A DNA stretch of 40,638 bases, taken from the NCBI GenBank assembly GCA_029939595.1, contig JAOZSQ010000001.1:157084-197721 (forward strand), read 5' to 3'. The first letter of the stretch is position 1. Every line of letters starts with the position of its first letter. A model generated the notes under the pieces. It saw nothing but the letters and a program-made list of their open reading frames with translations. It had not been told where the DNA came from and did no database searches. A program made the position numbers and the translations under genes. Below, piece by piece: positions 35,742-40,638 of the stretch. The stretch comes from Thermoplasmatota archaeon (GTDB lineage Archaea > Thermoplasmatota > E2 > DHVEG-1).

Positions 35742-36383
35742 ATGAAAAAAATAACTGTAAATTTGGTAGATTTATATGCACCAAAAGCTGTTCTCAATGC
35801 CGTTGCCAAACCTTATAAAAATGAAGAACCAACCATTGATCTTGTCAAAAAAATTGTTTTAGTAAAAAAACATAAAACAATATCAGAACATATTGTAATG
35901 ACATGGGAGATATTGGGGAGTTCCCGATTGGAACTTCAAGAACATATGCGACACCGCATGGCAAGTCCCACTGTTGAATCAACCCGATTCTCACTCAAAA
36001 AGATTATAAAATCTTTGGAAGAGAATACAGATCCTTCTCACTATTTCACACATCCTTTATTATCGCTTCCTGATTTTGATTATCTATCAGATAAAGATAA
36101 GCAATTATTTGAGGATATGTTTCAAAAACACATTCAATATAATGTGGATCTGATGAAAAGGTTACAAGATACTCCATTTAAGAATGATTTAATGAAGTAT
36201 TTCTTGCCTGAATGTCTTCGTACAAATCTCACCTGGACGATTAATTTAAGCAGTTTATATAATTTCTTTAATTTGAGATTGGATAAATATGCTCATTTTG
36301 AAATTCGTTTCATAGCAAATATGATGTTGGGTTTATTGCAAGATACGTGGGTTGAACCTTTATTACAGGATTATATGAAATGA
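35742..36383 (+). CDS. thyX: flavin-dependent thymidylate synthase ThyX
   Basis: RHRMASPTVESTRF is the ThyX signature RHRxxSxxxxSxR. Coordinates are taken from the ORF track. Confidence 0.8.
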   Translation: MKKITVNLVDLYAPKAVLNAVAKPYKNEEPTIDLVKKIVLVKKHKTISEHIVMTWEILGSSRLELQEHMRHRMASPTVESTRFSLKKIIKSLEENTDPSHYFTHPLLSLPDFDYLSDKDKQLFEDMFQKHIQYNVDLMKRLQDTPFKNDLMKYFLPECLRTNLTWTINLSSLYNFFNLRLDKYAHFEIRFIANMMLGLLQDTWVEPLLQDYMK

Positions 36384-36616
36384 AAAAATATGAAGCCGTT
36401 GCAATAGGTAGAGATAGTGATGTGTTTACAATAATTAATCAAAAAACTGAAGAAGTTATATTTAGTTGTAATGCGAAAAGGATATGTATAAAAGGAGATC
36501 TTGAAATAGATGGAAATCTTTTTATAAGTGGTGAAACAAGGATAATTAATACAACAGTTATTAATCGGGTTTTTGATGATGCGGAAAAAAATGAATATTT
36601 GGAACGAATTTTTTAA
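36380..36616 (+). CDS. hypothetical protein
   Basis: A 78-aa ORF whose start overlaps the thyX stop. Confidence 0.45.
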   Translation: MKKYEAVAIGRDSDVFTIINQKTEEVIFSCNAKRICIKGDLEIDGNLFISGETRIINTTVINRVFDDAEKNEYLERIF

Positions 36617-36625
36617 GGAGAACGA

Positions 36626-37330
36626 ATGGAAAATTATAAATTTGCATATACAGAAACAGAATTGACAATATTGGATAGTTTTCAAAAAGGAATAGCTAAA
36701 TCCATAATTCTTGAACCAGATAAGTTTCGGGTTATGAATGCAACAAAAAGTTGTGTAGCAATTTACAAATTTGAGAATCCATATGAGTATGAACCGGCTG
36801 CAATTTATGAATTGAAGGATTTTTTACAACTAATACATTCTTTTAAATGGGAAAACCACGAAATAGAAGATGTATGTGAAGAATATTTTTTAATTCACAA
36901 TAAAGAAGATAAATCCAAATTAAAATTTTTTAAAACTAAACCAGAGATGGTTGAAAAGGTATTGGATGTTAACCAAAAGTTTTCAAAAATTGAGCCTGAA
37001 TTAAAATTTTTATTAACAGGTGAGAAGTTGGCATCAATTGATAGAATTGGAAAAGTTTTAAGATCTGATTATATCTTTTTTGAAAACAATGATGGAAAGG
37101 TCCGAGCCACAATAGCAAATGATTTGATAAGTTCGGAAAATAACACATATGAAATACCTTTAAATGAGAAGGTAATTACAAATGATTTAAAAGATACATT
37201 AAAGATGTCATTAAAAGAGTTGGTACTTTATCCAGGGAATTATATGGTAGAAATGTCCACTATGAAAATAAGTCATTGGAAGTCCGAATTTTTAGATTTG
37301 GAGTATTATATTGGGTGTGCTAAAAATTAA
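36626..37330 (+). CDS. 45: sliding clamp (T4 gp45-like)
   Basis: At 234 aa it is close to T4 gp45 (228 aa). AIYELKDFLQLIHSF resembles gp45 AIYDLNGFLGILSL, and LVLYPGNYMVEMS resembles MQPGNYKLLLW. It has an AAGGAG SD and sits immediately upstream of gp44. Confidence 0.65.
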   Translation: MENYKFAYTETELTILDSFQKGIAKSIILEPDKFRVMNATKSCVAIYKFENPYEYEPAAIYELKDFLQLIHSFKWENHEIEDVCEEYFLIHNKEDKSKLKFFKTKPEMVEKVLDVNQKFSKIEPELKFLLTGEKLASIDRIGKVLRSDYIFFENNDGKVRATIANDLISSENNTYEIPLNEKVITNDLKDTLKMSLKELVLYPGNYMVEMSTMKISHWKSEFLDLEYYIGCAKN

Positions 37331-37339
37331 GGAGAAATT

Positions 37340-37705
37340 ATGAAAATGTTATTTTGTCCAGCTTGTAATGAACTATTTAATATTGACAAAAAGAATATTA
37401 AAAAATGTTCATGTGGAAAAACGGTTGGTAAATATGAAAAAAATGGTACTATAACATATTCTTATGGGATACCTATTGGATTCCGTCCACAATCATTTAA
37501 AGAAGCGATTGTAGGTCAACCAGAGGGGATATCAGGAGAAAGGGGAAAGGAATTTGTTGCTTTTGTTATTCCAAAAAAATGTGATAGTATGAATAAAGTA
37601 GTATTACCGGCACCAAAAACAAAATCACCGGCTCCTGCTGAAAAGAAGAAACCGAAACCAGTTAAAGAAGATATATTAGCTGATTTAGATACTTTAACCA
37701 TATAG
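37340..37705 (+). CDS. Zn-finger protein with a Pro/Lys-rich C-terminal tail, inserted between the clamp and clamp loader
   Basis: CPACN ... CSCG, then a C-terminal PAPKTKSPAPAEKKKPKPVKEDILADLDTLTI. Confidence 0.5.
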   Translation: MKMLFCPACNELFNIDKKNIKKCSCGKTVGKYEKNGTITYSYGIPIGFRPQSFKEAIVGQPEGISGERGKEFVAFVIPKKCDSMNKVVLPAPKTKSPAPAEKKKPKPVKEDILADLDTLTI

Positions 37706-37711
37706 GAAAAA

Positions 37712-38656
37712 ATGAAAGAAATTGGAAATTCAAGTTTATGGGAAGAAAAATTTAGACCACATAATATTGACGATGTAATCACAACCAAATTTGTTGGGAA
37801 TGCACTTAAAAAATATGTTAAAGAGCAAGAACTTCCTAATCTTCTTTTTGAAGGTGGTCCAGGAGTAGGCAAAACAACTATTGCTTTTGCATTGGCGCAC
37901 ACATTGGATCTTGACAAACTTTATATAAATGGAAGTTTAGAAAATTCTGTTGATGTAATTCGGTATAAGGTTGAGCATTTTGCTACTACTTATTCAATGA
38001 TGGGTGGTGAAAAGAAAAAATTAGTTATATTGGATGAATTTGATCGGATGACTGAGGCTCAGAAGGGTTTAAAGGCAGTAATTGAGCAAACTGAGTCAAA
38101 TTGCCGATATATTCTTTGTACGAATAATCTTGCAAAAGTATGGGAACCTATATTATCAAGGTGTCGTCATATACCCTTTAGATATAATTCGGCAGAAGCG
38201 AAAGAGATGATGTTGAAGTATTTTAAGAGGGCGCAATTTGTTCTTAATAATGAAGGTATTAAATATGATAAAGAGGCATTATCAAAATTCATAAAAAAAA
38301 TGTTTCCTGATTTCAGAAAAATATTGAATCGGTTGCAGCTTTTTTGTGATATGTATGAAGAGGTAACAGATAATTTGTTATCAATGGCTGATGAAAATTT
38401 ATTGGTAGATTTAATAGATCATTTGAAAACTGGAAATATGAAAGAAATTAGAAAAGGATGTTCTCTTATTGATTCCAATACCTTTTATACTGACATTTAT
38501 AATATGTTGGATACGGTTATTGAGTCAAAAAAGATACCAAAGGTAATTTTAGTATTGGGTCAATATGCTCATCAGCATGTCCTTACAGTTGATCCTGAGA
38601 TAAACATGGTGGCTTGTTGTGTTGATCTTATTAACAATGAGGTTTTTAAGAAATGA
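37712..38656 (+). CDS. 44: clamp loader large subunit (T4 gp44-like, AAA+ RFC family)
   Basis: Walker A GGPGVGKTT, Walker B ILDEFDR, SRC (SRCRHIPF) and FPDFRK, matching T4 gp44 SPSPGTGKTT, IDEFDR, SRC and FPDFRK. Confidence 0.85.
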   Translation: MKEIGNSSLWEEKFRPHNIDDVITTKFVGNALKKYVKEQELPNLLFEGGPGVGKTTIAFALAHTLDLDKLYINGSLENSVDVIRYKVEHFATTYSMMGGEKKKLVILDEFDRMTEAQKGLKAVIEQTESNCRYILCTNNLAKVWEPILSRCRHIPFRYNSAEAKEMMLKYFKRAQFVLNNEGIKYDKEALSKFIKKMFPDFRKILNRLQLFCDMYEEVTDNLLSMADENLLVDLIDHLKTGNMKEIRKGCSLIDSNTFYTDIYNMLDTVIESKKIPKVILVLGQYAHQHVLTVDPEINMVACCVDLINNEVFKK

Positions 38657-38901
38657 CAGAGAAAGAATATTTAGATTTTGAAAAAACTTTAAAAGCGGGA
38701 GATCGGGTTAAAATAAATAAGATTAATACTACTCCGATTGATCGTTTATCACCATATGAAAACCGTCCTAATATGTATTGGGCAGATGTAAATGATGAAG
38801 GAGAGATAATTGCTCCAAAAGGCGCAGAAGGCCGTTTGATGGTTAAAACCACAAATTATGTATTATATCTTCCATTAGTTAAAATTGAAAAGAAGTTATG
38901 A
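38653..38901 (+). CDS. small hypothetical protein between gp44 and gp62
   Basis: An 82-aa ORF overlapping both neighbours. Confidence 0.45.
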   Translation: MTEKEYLDFEKTLKAGDRVKINKINTTPIDRLSPYENRPNMYWADVNDEGEIIAPKGAEGRLMVKTTNYVLYLPLVKIEKKL

Positions 38902-39325
38902 CATGGAAAAATTAAAACTTTGGGATTTTACAAAATCTTTACAAAACAAGAAAAATTATCTTGGGAATCATGATTCGTTCAATTCAACATTTAGTGCTTT
39001 TATGACAAATCGTATGTTTTCAGGACATAAGAATATTGTTACTTTAGCCAATGTAATGAATTTAAACGGACCCCATTCTGGAAGTGCTTATACTCCTAAG
39101 ATGATATATGATTTTTATTTTCATGGAATGCCAAAAGTTAATGAATATATTGGATTCCCAAAGAAAGAAAAAACCACCAAAGATATTGAACAAATAATGA
39201 ATTGGTTTCAAGTAAATAAATTAAGAGCAATAAGTTATTCAAAAATTATTAAAAAAGATGAAATGGAGTATATTCGGTCTTTTTATAAGGAACAAGACAA
39301 AAACAAAAAACCAGTACGTAGATGA
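38885..39325 (+). CDS. 62: clamp loader small subunit (T4 gp62-like), tentative
   Basis: Its position after gp44 and its size suggest gp62. There is a weak resemblance to gp62, e.g. FHGMPKVNEYIGFPKK against AVPRGKRYGKWAKL. Confidence 0.5.
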   Translation: MKRSYDMEKLKLWDFTKSLQNKKNYLGNHDSFNSTFSAFMTNRMFSGHKNIVTLANVMNLNGPHSGSAYTPKMIYDFYFHGMPKVNEYIGFPKKEKTTKDIEQIMNWFQVNKLRAISYSKIIKKDEMEYIRSFYKEQDKNKKPVRR

Positions 39326-39358
39326 AAAATATACATACTGGATAAAAGGAGGAGGTTA

Positions 39359-39790
39359 ATGAGTTTATTTATTTTAATAGATAGGCATACAGACAGGTTA
39401 GTATCGGATGTATTTGTAAAACAAGAAACTGCTGATGAACGACAAAAGTTATTAACAGACAGTGAAAAATATGCTGCAAAGTGGAAAGAATTGGAAGTAG
39501 TTGAAAAGACTAAATTGTATGGTGTAGGTACAGAAGTTGGGGATTATTGTTATGTTTTATATGATCCCACATTTTGGAAATTTTATTATCACAAAATTTA
39601 TCTTGATGAAGAGACAGCGTTAAAAGATAAAGAAATATTAGAACAATCAATAGAGATAGAAACTGGAGTTGATGTTAATATTGAAATGTTAAAGAAAAAA
39701 GTAATAAAACCCGTAGTACAAACGCAAGAACAAACGCAAGAACAAACGCAAGAACAAACGCAAGAACAAACGCAAGAATCAGGCGGATAA
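39359..39790 (+). CDS. hypothetical protein with a C-terminal (TQEQ)5 repeat
   Basis: A 143-aa ORF behind an AAGGAGGAGG SD. Its tail is encoded by the 12-bp tandem repeat at 39721-39780. Confidence 0.5.
   Translation: MSLFILIDRHTDRLVSDVFVKQETADERQKLLTDSEKYAAKWKELEVVEKTKLYGVGTEVGDYCYVLYDPTFWKFYYHKIYLDEETALKDKEILEQSIEIETGVDVNIEMLKKKVIKPVVQTQEQTQEQTQEQTQEQTQESGG
39721..39780 (+). repeat. 12-bp tandem repeat caaacgcaagaa x5, encoding (TQEQ)5
   Basis: Five perfect contiguous copies at the 3' end of the CDS 39359..39790. Confidence 0.9.
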
Positions 39791-39827
39791 ATCAATATTA
39801 ACATAACTCTTTCCATATGGAGGTGTT

Positions 39828-39980
39828 ATGAAAAGTTGGTCTGATAAGGATATGAAAGAATGGGCACATTGGGTAAAAATATATAATCGTGCTCAAAAAC
39901 ATTTAGAACGATTGAAAAAACGATATGGTTGTGAAGATGACGAACCAGATTTTTTAAACAAAAAGAAAAAGAAAAAGTGA
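39828..39980 (+). CDS. small hypothetical protein (50 aa) with a poly-Lys C-terminus
   Basis: An ATG preceded by a GGAGGTG SD gives MKSWSDKDMKEWAHWVKIYNRAQKHLERLKKRYGCEDDEPDFLNKKKKKK. Confidence 0.35.
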   Translation: MKSWSDKDMKEWAHWVKIYNRAQKHLERLKKRYGCEDDEPDFLNKKKKKK

Positions 39981-39987
39981 GGTGCCT

Positions 39988-40317
39988 ATGCAAGAAGTTC
40001 AAAAAACATGGAAAGAATTTGTATATCAACTTAAAGAAGGAATTGGTGTTAGACGTTTAGGAAGTAATAGTAAAGGACAAGATAAACATCCATTGATTAT
40101 TCCAGAATATTTAAATATTGATAAACAAAGACAACGAATGAGTGTTGAACCTGGAAAACCGATTTATATACCTTGGGCATTATTGAAATATAAAAAGTTT
40201 ATAAAAAATTGTAGACCCAACGCTGATGGTTCACCTAGTCAACAAGATATATGTATGGATATCCTTAATCGTGCTGAAGATGCATGGGAACGAGGACAAT
40301 ATGATACGGATGATTGA
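39988..40317 (+). CDS. hypothetical protein
   Basis: An ATG at 39988 sits 5 nt after a GAGGTG SD. The track start at 39982 is a GTG. Confidence 0.5.
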   Translation: MQEVQKTWKEFVYQLKEGIGVRRLGSNSKGQDKHPLIIPEYLNIDKQRQRMSVEPGKPIYIPWALLKYKKFIKNCRPNADGSPSQQDICMDILNRAEDAWERGQYDTDD

Positions 40318-40522
40318 TATAGATAAAATATTGTCAGATTCGGTTAAAGAAGAATTACATGAATTATTAAGTTACATACAAAAATTACATAAAAAGTCAA
40401 CTTATGAAGATTTAATTTCTACATTTAAAGAAACAATGCCGAAGACGAAGAAAGAATCATTGGATTTATTAAAACAAATGATGAATTTATTGTATGAAAC
40501 AAACGAAATAACGGAGCAGTAA
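40301..40522 (+). CDS. hypothetical protein
   Basis: An ATG at 40301 (MIRMIDIDKIL...) overlaps the upstream stop. The track start at 40226 is a TTG further upstream. Confidence 0.4.
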   Translation: MIRMIDIDKILSDSVKEELHELLSYIQKLHKKSTYEDLISTFKETMPKTKKESLDLLKQMMNLLYETNEITEQ

Positions 40523-40638
40523 TGGAGCCTAATGATGTATCAGAAATAGTACGACATGCTTTAGTATTTTTAAATAGATGTCCATTAAAAGGTAATGAAG
40601 CATATCCCTATTTACAAGTAGTTGAATTTTTAAAAGAT
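40523..40638 (+). CDS. hypothetical protein, partial (continues past the window end)
   Basis: An ATG immediately after the upstream stop gives MEPNDVSEIVRHALVFLNRCPLKGNEAYPYLQVVEFLKD... Confidence 0.4.

Noticed and set aside
35742-36383. Apparent 1-nt inconsistency in my manual reading of the thyX region against the track
   Set aside because: My hand translation around 35940 did not stay in phase with the track ORF. This is most likely my miscount in an A-run, so the track coordinates were kept and no frameshift is claimed.

Overview
This AT-rich window (roughly 30% GC by eye) is a segment of a T4-like (Tevenvirinae-like) myophage genome. It covers most of the DNA replication, recombination and late-transcription core. 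Genes are tightly packed, often with ATGA stop/start overlaps, and many have strong AAGGAGG-type Shine-Dalgarno sites. On the minus strand from 1 to 27237 the recognisable homologues are gp32 SSB, primase gp61, RNase H, helicase gp41, UvsX, SbcC/SbcD (gp46/gp47) and late sigma factor gp55. A large RNR (probably class II, C-terminal Zn ribbon, no NrdB nearby), a uracil-DNA glycosylase, an HNH endonuclease and many small Zn-ribbon early proteins also lie on that strand. On the plus strand from 27472 to the end are two late-promoter-driven small membrane proteins, an Hsp20, ThyX, and sliding clamp gp45, clamp loader gp44 and gp62. UvsW lies on the minus strand in this part of the window. Several features are not expected in such a module. 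A complete methyl-accepting chemotaxis protein (dCache sensor, HAMP, MA domain) is translationally coupled into the phage operon. It is followed by an amidohydrolase-2 family hydrolase behind a T4 late promoter (TATAAATA). A tandem-duplicated EF-hand/dockerin-like Ca-binding protein and a protein with a PI3K/PI4K-like catalytic-segment motif are also present. At least three genes (MCP, UDG, a small gene with an A9 run) are interrupted at homopolymer runs. Tandem 12-bp repeats encode tetrapeptide repeats at both ends of the window. Candidate RNA/regulatory elements are a repeat-type operator and hairpins around gene 32, a sigma-32-like promoter plus direct repeats upstream of hsp20, and a perfect inverted repeat enclosing a late promoter. 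No tRNA or CRISPR array was seen. All functional calls rest on motif recognition from memory; no database search was run.
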